This document shows, in pieces, positions 1-10,334 of a stretch of 64,000 nt of DNA (position 1 is its first letter; each line of letters opens with the position of its first letter). The position numbers and the translations under genes are program-made. The notes under the pieces were generated by a model. The model made no database searches, was not told where the DNA came from, and was given only the letters and a program-made list of their open reading frames with translations. The stretch is taken from positions 117,261 to 181,260 of IMG/VR virus record IMGVR_UViG_3300021963_009993, one strand, 5' to 3'. Origin of the DNA: a virus.

Positions 1-226
1 CATCATCCCAATCATCTTCCTCATCGTCCCAATCGTCTTCGTCTTCGTCCTCATCGTCATCCCAACTATCCCAATCATCTTCATCGTCATCTTCATCATC
101 TTCATAAGATGTAGATAATTTAGGTTCAATAATTGTACAAAAACCAGAATCATTTAACGAAGAGAAAAAGCAATCAATATTTTCTTCATTTAATTTTGGA
201 TTGATGTTTCTTAAAAACCAACGCAT
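1..226 (-). CDS. Partial acidic protein with D/E/W-rich tail (MRWFLRNINPKLNEENIDCFF...YEDDEDDDEDDWDSWDD...), runs off window start
   Basis: Manual translation, not in ORF track; ATG 226-224 overlaps the TAA of the upstream protease (TAATG); AGGGGGT upstream; no stop before position 1. Confidence 0.75.
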   Translation of the reverse strand, partial: MRWFLRNINPKLNEENIDCFFSSLNDSGFCTIIEPKLSTSYEDDEDDDEDDWDSWDDDEDEDEDDWDDEEDDWDD

Positions 227-1869
227 TATTTAAACCCCCTGCAATTTGAAACATATGAAACACGACCGCATGATGTATGATAGCGTATATCACAATTATT
301 TTCAAATTTTGGTTCAGGAATTGGTGTAGTTCCTGCACAGCTTCCATATGTGCAACATCCTGTATTATTTTTAGGCTTCCAACACTTGCCATACTCTGGA
401 TTACCTTTAATCTTACAGTTGTTTGTAAAACAATCACATTGGAATATATTTCTTACAAGATTGTTCTCCTGATCTTTCGACCACACATCACCCTCTTTAT
501 CACCAAATACATTCTTTCCAAAAATGTATTCCATGAAATACTTGGCTGCATTTAAAGAATCATCGACACAACATGCCTCATTAACACCCGGAGCAAATCC
601 CTGCATTTGGTACATTTCATCTACAGGTATACAAACATTCATGTCCATTAAATTTTGAACACCCATAGATTCAACTGCGTCAGGAACGATGTGCTTAAGT
701 TGTACCTTTAAGCTAGCTTTCTTGATTTGCAAATCATTAAAGTGTGTAATCTTTGTGACATTTTTCTCGAAATTGTTCACATTGCTCATGCTCATGGCAC
801 GAACAGCAAAGACATTTCTATTATTGAAAACTTTGGTCAAAACATCAGCATGAGACTCAGGTCTTGCTGCATCCACTTGCTGCCATGTCTTACAGAATGT
901 TTCAAAGAAGTTAGATGCAGCTGGGGCTATTTTGCAAGCTTCAAGGAATGTATCTTTCAAATACTCTCTAGCCTTAACAATAGCTAATTTGTTGTTTCCA
1001 AACTTGTCAACCAAACCACAAAGAACATCATAGAAAATTCCTGTCATAACCCTTGAAAAAGAATGAGGTTCAGATGATAATTGATCATTCGGAGCATTGT
1101 GTGGCAATGTCTCAGGTTTGATGTAATTAAATGTGTTAAAAGCATTTCTCAAACCATGACTAAAACCAAGTTCAGCACCAAACTGTTCTGCCACTTCACT
1201 AATAATATTATTTTGTCTTAGATTACCGTTTGTTCTTTCCATAAGATAATTCAAAACAATATCATAATGTAATGTTGCTAATATAGCTGTTATGTCACCA
1301 AAAGCTTCATGGAAAGCCCAAATTTCCATAGAAGCCATGCTGAAAAACTCTGGTCTAATTGCATCCAACAAAGCATGACCTAATTCATGAGATACAATAT
1401 CAGCAGACAAACAGGTATAAACTGTTTCTTTACCCTTAGTGAAATAAAAGAACTTCAAAAATGACCTGTCATAATAGGCATTTGCCTGTTGACCAGCCAA
1501 AGGATTGACTTGAAGTGTGTCAACCATTGCCCACTTTGTTATATTCAATTTAGGATTCAAGAAGTTAATTGTATTAGCCAATACACCATAAGCATTTGCA
1601 GCTTTGCCACCATTTGTGTTAAAATCCATTTCATTAGGATTTAAATACATAACAGATATTTTTAATCTATCTGGTTTAACATCAGCTACACTTTCTGTTA
1701 GTGCTGGATATGCTGGATCATTTACATAAAATCTCATTTTGCCTCCAAATGGGTCTATTTTTTGAATAACAGGTGGTGTTGGAATCTTGTTGTTAATCTT
1801 AGGAGGTCTTCTCCATACTACATTAAATAAGTCCATTGCCTTATCATATAAATACTTGCAATTGAACAT
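226..1869 (-). CDS. Zinc metallopeptidase, thermolysin/fungalysin (M4/M36)-like, with Cys-rich C-terminal tail
   Basis: QQANAYYD, DIVSHELGH (HExxH), HEAFGD third ligand, EPHSFSRV; GGAGG RBS. Confidence 0.85.
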   Translation of the reverse strand: MFNCKYLYDKAMDLFNVVWRRPPKINNKIPTPPVIQKIDPFGGKMRFYVNDPAYPALTESVADVKPDRLKISVMYLNPNEMDFNTNGGKAANAYGVLANTINFLNPKLNITKWAMVDTLQVNPLAGQQANAYYDRSFLKFFYFTKGKETVYTCLSADIVSHELGHALLDAIRPEFFSMASMEIWAFHEAFGDITAILATLHYDIVLNYLMERTNGNLRQNNIISEVAEQFGAELGFSHGLRNAFNTFNYIKPETLPHNAPNDQLSSEPHSFSRVMTGIFYDVLCGLVDKFGNNKLAIVKAREYLKDTFLEACKIAPAASNFFETFCKTWQQVDAARPESHADVLTKVFNNRNVFAVRAMSMSNVNNFEKNVTKITHFNDLQIKKASLKVQLKHIVPDAVESMGVQNLMDMNVCIPVDEMYQMQGFAPGVNEACCVDDSLNAAKYFMEYIFGKNVFGDKEGDVWSKDQENNLVRNIFQCDCFTNNCKIKGNPEYGKCWKPKNNTGCCTYGSCAGTTPIPEPKFENNCDIRYHTSCGRVSYVSNCRGFK

Positions 1870-1891
1870 AATTCACCTCCAAAGGATATTT

Positions 1892-2410
1892 ATGAATATC
1901 GAAGAAAGAATTAGGGAACAAAGAACATCAGAAGCTACAAGAAAAAATTTTATGGGCATAGAAGGCAAAATATGCCTAATAGCAAGATTCCTAGGTAGCC
2001 AAATAATAAACCAAGGTTATTCACCAGAATACCTAGATTATGATAGTTTCTATACTACAGATCCAAATGAAATACCTACTTTTGATGATGAATTTTCTTC
2101 AAACGAAGTTGGATATTCATTTGATGGCCTTTCAAGAGGTATTCATATGAATATAACCTACATAGAATCACAAGCCATAATCAAACTATGGTATAAAGGG
2201 TATTTGACATACCATGAAGAGGAAGGAAACCTTCAAACTTACATACCAAATGATATTTGGGAAAACCAAATTGAAAATCTTTACAAGATAGTTGAATTGC
2301 AATTAAAGAAAAAAATAGAACAGTACAAAAAAGAAGAACCGGCAATTACTAAAGCAATTGAGAAAAGTGAATTACAAAAATTAAGAGACAGATGGGGCGA
2401 TATTATCTAA
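1892..2410 (+). CDS. Hypothetical protein
   Basis: Open frame; start MNIEER chosen for AAGGA RBS. Confidence 0.75.
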   Translation: MNIEERIREQRTSEATRKNFMGIEGKICLIARFLGSQIINQGYSPEYLDYDSFYTTDPNEIPTFDDEFSSNEVGYSFDGLSRGIHMNITYIESQAIIKLWYKGYLTYHEEEGNLQTYIPNDIWENQIENLYKIVELQLKKKIEQYKKEEPAITKAIEKSELQKLRDRWGDII

Positions 2411-2535
2411 CTGTTTGTTTTTGATTCGCAATTTAAACACTTGTAAACCTTAGTGCCATCACAATAATCATGTGAATCAACACAGACTGTTTTAAATCCA
2501 CACTCGTAACAGATTACTATTGATTCGTTTTCCAT
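2407..2535 (-). CDS. Small zinc-ribbon protein (42 aa, MENESIVICYECGF...YKCLNCESKTNS)
   Basis: Manual translation; two CxxC pairs; follows the 2541 gene in the same orientation. Confidence 0.55.
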   Translation of the reverse strand: MENESIVICYECGFKTVCVDSHDYCDGTKVYKCLNCESKTNS

Positions 2536-2540
2536 GATAA

Positions 2541-3365
2541 TTAGGGAGGGGTTACAAGGTCGGCTGAAGTAAGAACATATGGAGTTTCCATAATTGCTGT
2601 CAAGTTGCCAGCTGTATATGTGTAAAATGTTTTCTTTGCCAAATATCCCTCTGTGGCTCCAGCTGGATATTTAATTTCATAATCTAAAACGGTTCCCGTA
2701 TAGCTTCTCTTGTAAAACCAATAACCATCACTTGATCCAGCAAGTAATTGCCAATCTGGAGTAGGACTTGCTGGATTAAAACCAGCAGCTGTGATTACTG
2801 CTGCATCAACAGCACTTAAAGGATTCAACAAAACAAGTCTGTCAGGGCCAAGATTTGGATAATCAAATCTGTTTTCTAAGGCGTACTTTTCAAAAAGAGT
2901 CGGAAGTTCACCAACAGGTGCCTCATAATTGAATTTTAAAATAGATTCAGCAGCACCATTTGAAACATAAGCTCTAAAATTACCCTTACTTCTCTTAGCC
3001 TTAATCAAGATTTTATTTAGCGTAGTTGAACTTTTTCCACTTGAATACAATTGTGCAACAAATAGATCCGCAAATGTTGCATTTGCATTCAAACTGTTCA
3101 CAACTTCCAAAGCGGTCACAGATGCGATATTGGTAGCTGTTATTGTTATTGGTAAAGATGCATAGCCCAACAATGCTGGATCATATGCATAATTTAAAGT
3201 CAAAACGGTGTTACCAGTTAGATTGTAAGGCTCAACATTTCCACATAGCATGTAATCGCTACGATTGGTGTTTCCCTTTAACTTAAAGCCAGTTTGATAT
3301 TGTCTATCAGATCCTATTAAAGAAGGTCTAAATTCAAAATCAAACACATTTTGGAAAAATGGCAT
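2541..3365 (-). CDS. Hypothetical protein, possibly virion structural
   Basis: 274 aa ORF rich in A/T/N/G and low in Lys relative to neighbours. Confidence 0.7.
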   Translation of the reverse strand: MPFFQNVFDFEFRPSLIGSDRQYQTGFKLKGNTNRSDYMLCGNVEPYNLTGNTVLTLNYAYDPALLGYASLPITITATNIASVTALEVVNSLNANATFADLFVAQLYSSGKSSTTLNKILIKAKRSKGNFRAYVSNGAAESILKFNYEAPVGELPTLFEKYALENRFDYPNLGPDRLVLLNPLSAVDAAVITAAGFNPASPTPDWQLLAGSSDGYWFYKRSYTGTVLDYEIKYPAGATEGYLAKKTFYTYTAGNLTAIMETPYVLTSADLVTPP

Positions 3366-3399
3366 ATTAACCCCGTTTATAAATATATAAGCTATTTAT

Positions 3400-3903
3400 T
3401 TACAAGCCACGCAAAATCATTCTTAAATTATCAACATCATTTCTGCTTTTTTCAATTTGGGACTCATAAAAAATTTCCATCCATCTCTTGTCAGGTTCAT
3501 CAAGAAGGTTCAGATCAACGGAAATTCTCATGGCATAATTTTCCACAACCTCAGTTTCCATCTTCAAAGCATATTCCAAAAGTTCCTTAAGATCATATGA
3601 AACCATATAATCATTATGCTCTTTTACTTGTAAAGATGCTGTAACATCTGCTCCCAAACCAAGTATTGCATTTTGAAATTCATACACATGTTTCATTTCT
3701 TCACCAGCCTCATGAAGAAACATTTCTTTGTATTCTTCTCTATGAAGACCAGATACAGTTGAAGCAGCTGTCAAATAAAATAACATGTGCTTGCGCTCAT
3801 TCTTCAAATCATCAAGCATCAAATTGACAAAATGACAGTAATTTTCATTCTTCAGCATTTTAAACTCCATGTAATTACTCATTTTATTATAGTTAGAAAT
3901 CAT
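3400..3903 (-). CDS. Ferritin-like (bacterioferritin/rubrerythrin fold) protein
   Basis: Four-helix pattern with EEMKH di-iron motif, LKMETEVVENY, and final ExxD helix. Confidence 0.75.
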   Translation of the reverse strand: MISNYNKMSNYMEFKMLKNENYCHFVNLMLDDLKNERKHMLFYLTAASTVSGLHREEYKEMFLHEAGEEMKHVYEFQNAILGLGADVTASLQVKEHNDYMVSYDLKELLEYALKMETEVVENYAMRISVDLNLLDEPDKRWMEIFYESQIEKSRNDVDNLRMILRGL

Positions 3904-3939
3904 GTTTTGTTCAAAGGCATATATACACTTGAGGCCTAT

Positions 3940-5739
3940 ATGTCTAAAAGTTTATGGCGAAAAAAATATAAAACACTTAGAGAATACTACAAAAAAGAAT
4001 TCGACCCAGAATTCTATGATTTTGATGATTATGTTTTGGAAATAGATCCAGATGAAACATTTGATGAAATAAACAATTATTCTGTCGAAAGACAGAACGA
4101 AGAAATTGTAAAATGCGTCAATAGTTTTGGTTACTTCTGTCAGAAATACATCAGAATTCTTCATCCAACCAAAGGATTAATACCGTTCATTCTTTTCAAA
4201 TATCAAGTTAAATGTATACAAGAATATGAAAAACACAGATTCAGCATTATTTCTAAATTCCGGCAGGGAGGTCTGACAACAGTAACTTTGATATATGGTT
4301 TGTGGAAATGCATGTTCCAACTAGATCAACAAATCATGGCATTATCAAAGACTGACCGTGAAGCAACAAACATAGGCATGATGGTTGACCGTGCAGTAGA
4401 GAATATGCCATCTTGGCTATCGCCCAAAAAAGATGGCAAATGGAATGATCACTTAAAACAATTCAAAGATACTGGCGGGGCATTGCAGTTTTATAGCCCA
4501 GAAGCTGCTCGTGGTAAGTCAGTAACATTCCTCATTATCGATGAGGCAGCATTTATACCAGACATGGAAAACCATTGGAAAGCCATGTGGCCCGTGCTAT
4601 CAACAGGTGGTTCTTGTGTTTTGATTTCTACTGTTAATGGTCTTGGCAACTGGTATGAGGAGACTTATACCAAGGCTAAAGACGGCAAAAACATGTTTCA
4701 TGTAATTGATTTGGACTATTGGGAACATCCAGATTACAACGAAAAAAACCACCCCGGATGGGTTGAAGAACAAAAAGCCCAACTTGGTGAAAAAGGTTTC
4801 ATGCAAGAAGTCATGAGATCCTTTTTGGGATCGGGAGAAACTTATATACCGGCAGAAAAAATATCAGCATTAGACCAAGAATTAAGGAAGATAAATCCCA
4901 TAAAGAAACTTTTCCCTAGATTCGTAAACAAAGATAACACAGCGGAAGAATTTTATGACGAAATAAGCAAAGGTGCCCTATGGATCTGGCAAGAATCTAA
5001 ACCCGGACATGAATATGCACTTGGAGTTGACTGTGCCGAAGGAGTTGGAAGTGAGGGCGACAACTCTTGCATACAAATAATCGATGTAAACAGACTTGAA
5101 CAAGTAGCTGAATTTTACAGCAATACAATAACGCCACATGATTTGGCAAATGTTGTTTTTGAACTAGGAATTTTATACAACACGGGACTTATAATAGTAG
5201 AAGATATGGCAAGTGGTGGCATCGTCCTAGAAATGTTGCAGCATGATCTCAGTTATGAAAATCTTTTTGTGTCCCAGAAAAACGCAAGAAATATGAGGCC
5301 AGGCTTAAAGATAACAACAGCAAATCGTTCAAATGTTTTACAAGGATTTCAATCAAGAGTATTGAACAATTCACTCAGAATAAACAGCAGAAGGCTTTTG
5401 CGTGAAATGAAAACATTTGAATTTAACAACACTACAAAAAAAGCATCCGCTGCAAAGGGAAAACATGATGATGCGATAATGGCTATGGCTATCGCCTTGT
5501 ATGGAAGAGATCAAACCGTTCGTGATGTTCCTTTGGGAATTGATGGTTCTGATGCAAAGGGAAAATCACAAACCATGCTTGCTGATATCAAAGAAGAATT
5601 ACGAAAAGGATTACAAGAAAGCATTCTTGAAAAAGTCATAAATAGAGAAAAGAAAACAAATCTTGATGAAAGTGACCAAGAATTATTAATATCAATGTAT
5701 AGAAAAAAACACGATATATGCAAGGAGTTTAACTGGTAA
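3940..5739 (+). CDS. terL: Terminase large subunit (T4 gp17-like)
   Basis: SKFRQGGLTT Walker A-like, ARGKSVTFLIIDEAAFI Walker B, ISTVNG motif III, LGVDCAEG RNase H acid, HDDAIMA; start set at MSKSLW (GAGG RBS). Confidence 0.95.
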   Translation: MSKSLWRKKYKTLREYYKKEFDPEFYDFDDYVLEIDPDETFDEINNYSVERQNEEIVKCVNSFGYFCQKYIRILHPTKGLIPFILFKYQVKCIQEYEKHRFSIISKFRQGGLTTVTLIYGLWKCMFQLDQQIMALSKTDREATNIGMMVDRAVENMPSWLSPKKDGKWNDHLKQFKDTGGALQFYSPEAARGKSVTFLIIDEAAFIPDMENHWKAMWPVLSTGGSCVLISTVNGLGNWYEETYTKAKDGKNMFHVIDLDYWEHPDYNEKNHPGWVEEQKAQLGEKGFMQEVMRSFLGSGETYIPAEKISALDQELRKINPIKKLFPRFVNKDNTAEEFYDEISKGALWIWQESKPGHEYALGVDCAEGVGSEGDNSCIQIIDVNRLEQVAEFYSNTITPHDLANVVFELGILYNTGLIIVEDMASGGIVLEMLQHDLSYENLFVSQKNARNMRPGLKITTANRSNVLQGFQSRVLNNSLRINSRRLLREMKTFEFNNTTKKASAAKGKHDDAIMAMAIALYGRDQTVRDVPLGIDGSDAKGKSQTMLADIKEELRKGLQESILEKVINREKKTNLDESDQELLISMYRKKHDICKEFNW

Positions 5740-5740
5740 A

Positions 5741-6520
5741 ATGTACACGCCACAAATAACAATCAACATGGAGGAGTATAAAGAAGCAATCAAATCATCT
5801 TTGTACGATGAAAAATGGATTTATAATTTATACAAAAACAAGAATACAATATGTGAATTTTTAAAACCACACCTAAAAAACCCTAAGAAAGCTTTTGTTG
5901 AATTTTTGAAGACATCGGAACTTCAACCACTTTTAGAAGGTATGAAAACCACATGTTTGGATGAAAAAGCTGCAAGAATAATATTTGAAGCTGGTAAAAG
6001 CGAAACTACAATAATGATTATAGAAAACTTGATTGAAAAGACTGAGAATGATGCTCATATAGTCAAGCTATTACTTAATGAATACATGAACATTAATGGA
6101 AACTTTTTTGACGCAGAAATAAAACCTTTTCCAGAAAACATTGATGAAACAACAAGTTTCATTAGAACATTTAACATAAAAACAAACAATGACACTTTTT
6201 ATGTCAGAATTAAAGACACAGGATTAGACATAGCCAACAATACTGAAATAAATGAATACTTCGATTCAAGAACAAAAAATAAAGCTATTAAGAAAAGATA
6301 TGTTCATGAAAATGATATGACGAACCAAGAATACAGAAATATCGTGAGAAAATTAATCAGCTTAAAAGAAGCTGAAATACCTTGTCAAAAACTACACCTA
6401 AACTCAAATGATTGTCCATACAAGGTTGTATACAGGGGAAACCAAACAGTCATAGACGAAAATAAAGAAATTAAAATATGCAAGGAAAACATCAAAATAA
6501 GGATCATAAGTAAATCATGA
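5741..6520 (+). CDS. Hypothetical protein
   Basis: 259 aa ORF immediately after terminase. Confidence 0.75.
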   Translation: MYTPQITINMEEYKEAIKSSLYDEKWIYNLYKNKNTICEFLKPHLKNPKKAFVEFLKTSELQPLLEGMKTTCLDEKAARIIFEAGKSETTIMIIENLIEKTENDAHIVKLLLNEYMNINGNFFDAEIKPFPENIDETTSFIRTFNIKTNNDTFYVRIKDTGLDIANNTEINEYFDSRTKNKAIKKRYVHENDMTNQEYRNIVRKLISLKEAEIPCQKLHLNSNDCPYKVVYRGNQTVIDENKEIKICKENIKIRIISKS

Positions 6521-6843
6521 ACACAAATGAAAAAAAACTAAATGAACTTAAGATCCAGTTGGAAAAGATATACAGGCAATTCCCTGAACAATTCGCTGTC
6601 TCTAATGCAAAATCACATCTTAAGAAATGCATATTAGAAATAGAACAAACACAAGCAAAAAGAAATAAAAGAAAATTAAACGATATTCAAAATCAAAAAA
6701 CTATGCAATTTGCGTCATATGAGAACGCAAAAGCTGCATTGGAAATCCTAGACCAAATGCTTGAAGACCAACAGAAACAACTAGACAAACAAAATCAAGT
6801 AAAACAAAATACAAATCCACAAGATGAACTTTTCATGGGTTAA
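6517..6843 (+). CDS. Hypothetical coiled-coil protein
   Basis: ATGA overlap with previous gene; Q/K/E-rich helices. Confidence 0.75.
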   Translation: MNTNEKKLNELKIQLEKIYRQFPEQFAVSNAKSHLKKCILEIEQTQAKRNKRKLNDIQNQKTMQFASYENAKAALEILDQMLEDQQKQLDKQNQVKQNTNPQDELFMG

Positions 6844-7330
6844 AACTTTTTTTAAGACATAAAAACTCTTGAATTTTTTTAAAAAAATCATCCTTATCAA
6901 AATTCTTCTCTTCAAATACAAGACAATTTTTATATTTTTCTGATATAAACTTCAATCTTTTTAGCCTTTCTGACAAATAGTTTTGAACAAATCTCTTGTC
7001 TATCAAACCAAATTTTCTCAAATCTATTTTTAAAATATCTCCAAATATTACGATAAATTTTATATCAGAATAAATATTCTGGTATCCAACTTGGTGATTG
7101 TAAAATAAAATATCATACCAATAGGCATTTGCGAATTGCCATTTATGTGACAATGGTCTTATGTCATGGAAATTAGCATTTTCGTATATGTTATTGATTT
7201 CTGGAGAATAAACTGTTTGTATCTGTGGGTGAGATTCAAACAAATCGTTCCAGAATTTAACATCTATGCCTAAATGTGTATGAATTAGAAATGGTTTCAT
7301 TCGTTTGCCAAATAATATAATTAAGTGCAA
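6833..7330 (-). CDS. Hypothetical protein, weak resemblance to degenerate sulfotransferase-family proteins
   Basis: FLIHTHLG...DLFESHPQI recalls the sulfotransferase N-terminus but PAPS-binding residues are not evident; probable start MKPFLI. Confidence 0.5.
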   Translation of the reverse strand: MHLIILFGKRMKPFLIHTHLGIDVKFWNDLFESHPQIQTVYSPEINNIYENANFHDIRPLSHKWQFANAYWYDILFYNHQVGYQNIYSDIKFIVIFGDILKIDLRKFGLIDKRFVQNYLSERLKRLKFISEKYKNCLVFEEKNFDKDDFFKKIQEFLCLKKSFNP

Positions 7331-7382
7331 AATACTAAAATTTAACTATACATATAACAACGAAAGAATTTGAAGAGGTGCT

Positions 7383-9896
7383 ATGCCGACTCCAATATGG
7401 TCCGATTATTTTAAGACTTTTGATTTTGCTTTTACCAAAGATCCACTAAGTAGGACTTTAAACACCAAAAATATAGTTGGTGCCGGTATTGCACAACCAG
7501 ACTCCATACCCAGCCTAAGTCCAGATGGTAGCTTTTGGAGCGGAACTGATTCAAGATTAATTAGACTTCGTGAAACAAACGATTTTATTGACCTGTCAAC
7601 TGTAACAAACAGGCAAAGCAGATACAAGGAATACGAAAGACTTATTACCATTCCAGAAATCGAAATGGCATTGAATGTCTTCGCAGACGAAGCTTGTGTT
7701 GCTGGCAGAACAAAAGTCGCAACTCCATTCGGAATGATACCAATAGAAAAATTGGCAGAAACACATGCGAATGAAAAATTCTTGGTCTACTGCTATGATT
7801 TCAAAAAGAAAGATTACACACTTGGATGGGGGCATAGTCCACGAAAAACAAAAACTGAAAAAACAATAATCATAATTTTCACAGATGGTACTGATTTGGA
7901 ATGCACAGCAGATCATAAGATTCTTCTGAGAGATGGAACTTGGATTGCAGCAGGGGAAATAAGAGAAGAAATGGAAATCATGCCGTTTTATAGGTGTGAA
8001 CCAAGAAAATATATGTCAAAACTGAATGAAAAACAGTTTCCCAGAATATACACCCACACAAAAGGATGGATTCACGAAAGACAATTAGTCGATGAATGGA
8101 GAACAGGAAAAGAAAACGAAAGGCAACAACTCGTAAACAAGTTCTGTCGCCATGTTTGTGAAGGATTAACTGTAGCAAAATTGGAAGAAATATTAAATAC
8201 AAACTACATCACAATAACAAAAAACCTTAAAAAAGAAGGTTTTTGTATTGACGAATTAAGATGGCTTGGCAAAAAGAAAGATAGAAAAACAGTAAGATCA
8301 GTTATAGAAGGCAGAACAACAGATGTTTATGATTTGACTGTTGAAGAACACCACAATTTTTGCACAGATACAGTTGTCGTACATAATTGTCAAAAAGATG
8401 CTAACGGCAATATACTCAAAATTCATTGTGAAAACGATGATGTAAAAGAAGAACTTGAATTTCTGTTCTTCCATAGATCAATGATAAACATCAATAGAAG
8501 AGCATGGGCAGATTTCAAATCTCTTTTGCTTTATGGGGATCTTTTTTATGAAATAATAATCAATCTAGATAATCCTCAAGATGGTGTGTTAAGGCTGTTA
8601 AAACTACCACCAGAATCGATGTACAGAATTGAAACTACAAAAGGAAAAGTAGTTGAATTCCAACAATCTAAAGAAGGCCCAGATTACCAAAGCTTGACAA
8701 GGGCTCCAGTCACTCAAGCAACTGATCAAGAAATCATGATGGCAACAGCAATACGATTTGCTCCCGAACAGGTAATCCATGCCAGAATTGGTGATGATAG
8801 GAAAATGTTCTATCCATATGGCGTTTCGATGGTTGAAGCTGCCAGAGGGCCAGCACACCAATTAAGACTCATGGAAGATGCCATGTTGGTTTATAGACTT
8901 TCAAGAAGCCCTGAAAGAAGAGTTTTCTACATAGATGTCGGACAACTTCCACCATTCAAAGCAGAAGCATTTATAGAAAAAATGAAAGATCAATTCAGGA
9001 AGAAAAAAATATCCACAAATAGAACAGGTATGACTGGGCCTAATTCCGTTGAGGAAAGATACCATGCACCAGCGGTAGATGAGGATTACTGGTTGCCCAT
9101 AAGACCAAATTCCAACACAAAAATTGAAACACTTCCTGGTGCCCAAAATCTCGGTGAAATAGATGATGCAATCTATTTCAGAAACAGATTGTTTACAGCT
9201 TTGCAATTCCCCAAAAATTATTTCAATGTAGAAGATGCATCAGTAACAAAAATAACACTATCAGCCCAAGATGTTCGTGTTGCAAGACTTGTCGAAAGAC
9301 TACAAGCTCCTTTTGAGGATGCTATGTGGGAAGTTGCACACAGACATTTGCAACTTAGAGGTTTCCCACCAGACACATATACCGATCTGCAAGTAAGAAT
9401 GACTGCTCCATCTGAATGGCGTGAACTAAGCAGAGCAGAAGTTGTAAACACAAGAATTCAAAATGCCGGTGCTTTGAAAAGCGGAAACTTATTATCAGAT
9501 TATGACATCCTTACAAAATGGATGATGTATTCTGAAGATGAGGCAAAAACACTCATCGCAAGACTAAAGATGCAGAAAATTGAAGATGCCAAACTTCAAG
9601 TTCTTGCTCAAAATCCGGCACTTCTTGGCGTTGGAATACCAGCAGATGATGAATCACAGGAAGGCGAAGAAATTGGCGCAACACCAGAAGGACCAAGTCC
9701 ACAGCTTGCACCACCCGGAGAAGAGAACATACCACAAGAACCAAGTGGTTTTGAGGGACAACAAGCACCAAACACAAGCGTTGGTGGCGCACCCATTCCA
9801 TTCCCAAGCTCAAAGGATATTCAGAAATATGATATGGAAATCAATAATTATGCCAATGAAGAAGATTATGAAAGCCCGGATTTTGATGTTGAATAG
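7383..9896 (+). CDS. gp20: Portal protein (T4 gp20-like) containing an intein
   Basis: RYKEYERL..PEIEMAL..FADEA, MEDAMLVYRLSRSPERRVFYIDVGQLP, EDYWLPIR, IETLPGAQNLGEIDD. Confidence 0.95.
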   Translation: MPTPIWSDYFKTFDFAFTKDPLSRTLNTKNIVGAGIAQPDSIPSLSPDGSFWSGTDSRLIRLRETNDFIDLSTVTNRQSRYKEYERLITIPEIEMALNVFADEACVAGRTKVATPFGMIPIEKLAETHANEKFLVYCYDFKKKDYTLGWGHSPRKTKTEKTIIIIFTDGTDLECTADHKILLRDGTWIAAGEIREEMEIMPFYRCEPRKYMSKLNEKQFPRIYTHTKGWIHERQLVDEWRTGKENERQQLVNKFCRHVCEGLTVAKLEEILNTNYITITKNLKKEGFCIDELRWLGKKKDRKTVRSVIEGRTTDVYDLTVEEHHNFCTDTVVVHNCQKDANGNILKIHCENDDVKEELEFLFFHRSMININRRAWADFKSLLLYGDLFYEIIINLDNPQDGVLRLLKLPPESMYRIETTKGKVVEFQQSKEGPDYQSLTRAPVTQATDQEIMMATAIRFAPEQVIHARIGDDRKMFYPYGVSMVEAARGPAHQLRLMEDAMLVYRLSRSPERRVFYIDVGQLPPFKAEAFIEKMKDQFRKKKISTNRTGMTGPNSVEERYHAPAVDEDYWLPIRPNSNTKIETLPGAQNLGEIDDAIYFRNRLFTALQFPKNYFNVEDASVTKITLSAQDVRVARLVERLQAPFEDAMWEVAHRHLQLRGFPPDTYTDLQVRMTAPSEWRELSRAEVVNTRIQNAGALKSGNLLSDYDILTKWMMYSEDEAKTLIARLKMQKIEDAKLQVLAQNPALLGVGIPADDESQEGEEIGATPEGPSPQLAPPGEENIPQEPSGFEGQQAPNTSVGGAPIPFPSSKDIQKYDMEINNYANEEDYESPDFDVE
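7695..8387 (+). mobile_element. Intein in portal protein (231 aa)
   Basis: Begins CVAGRTKV after DEA; block B LECTADHKILL; block F VYDLTVEEHHNF; ends VVHN followed by Cys+1 (CQKD). Confidence 0.9.
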
Positions 9897-10195
9897 TTAA
9901 CCAATCCACGCTGACCACCATAACCTTTGACATATCCCAATCCAGATTCGACTGGATTTTCAATGAAGTCATCAGCGTCCGACATCAAATCGTTCATCAC
10001 ATTCTTAACAGCATCTTCCCTGTCGGCAAATGACTGAATGAAATCAAAACATTCAGTAGGATATTTTTGGACAAGTGTTTTAAACAATTCTACGGAACTA
10101 TCCGCAAGCTTTGCCTGCAAATCCACAGGAAGCTTGGAAATAATTATGCCAGAATTCTTGTCATTTTCTTCTAAATAATTTAAAAAAGATTTCAT
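9866..10195 (-). CDS. Hypothetical protein with capsid-targeting-like N-terminus (MKSFLNYLEE)
   Basis: 109 aa ORF; N-terminus resembles T4 internal-protein leader. Confidence 0.65.
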   Translation of the reverse strand: MKSFLNYLEENDKNSGIIISKLPVDLQAKLADSSVELFKTLVQKYPTECFDFIQSFADREDAVKNVMNDLMSDADDFIENPVESGLGYVKGYGGQRGLVNYSTSKSGLS

Positions 10196-10334
10196 GTTTC
10201 ACCAAAAATTATTTACTACTTAATACATATTTTTTAGTTAACAAATGTTTTTTCTTTATTTTTTAATCAAAGAATTAACATAATACCATATATAACCCTA
10301 GCGTTTTGTATTAAAACTTTTGTGGAGAGTTAGC

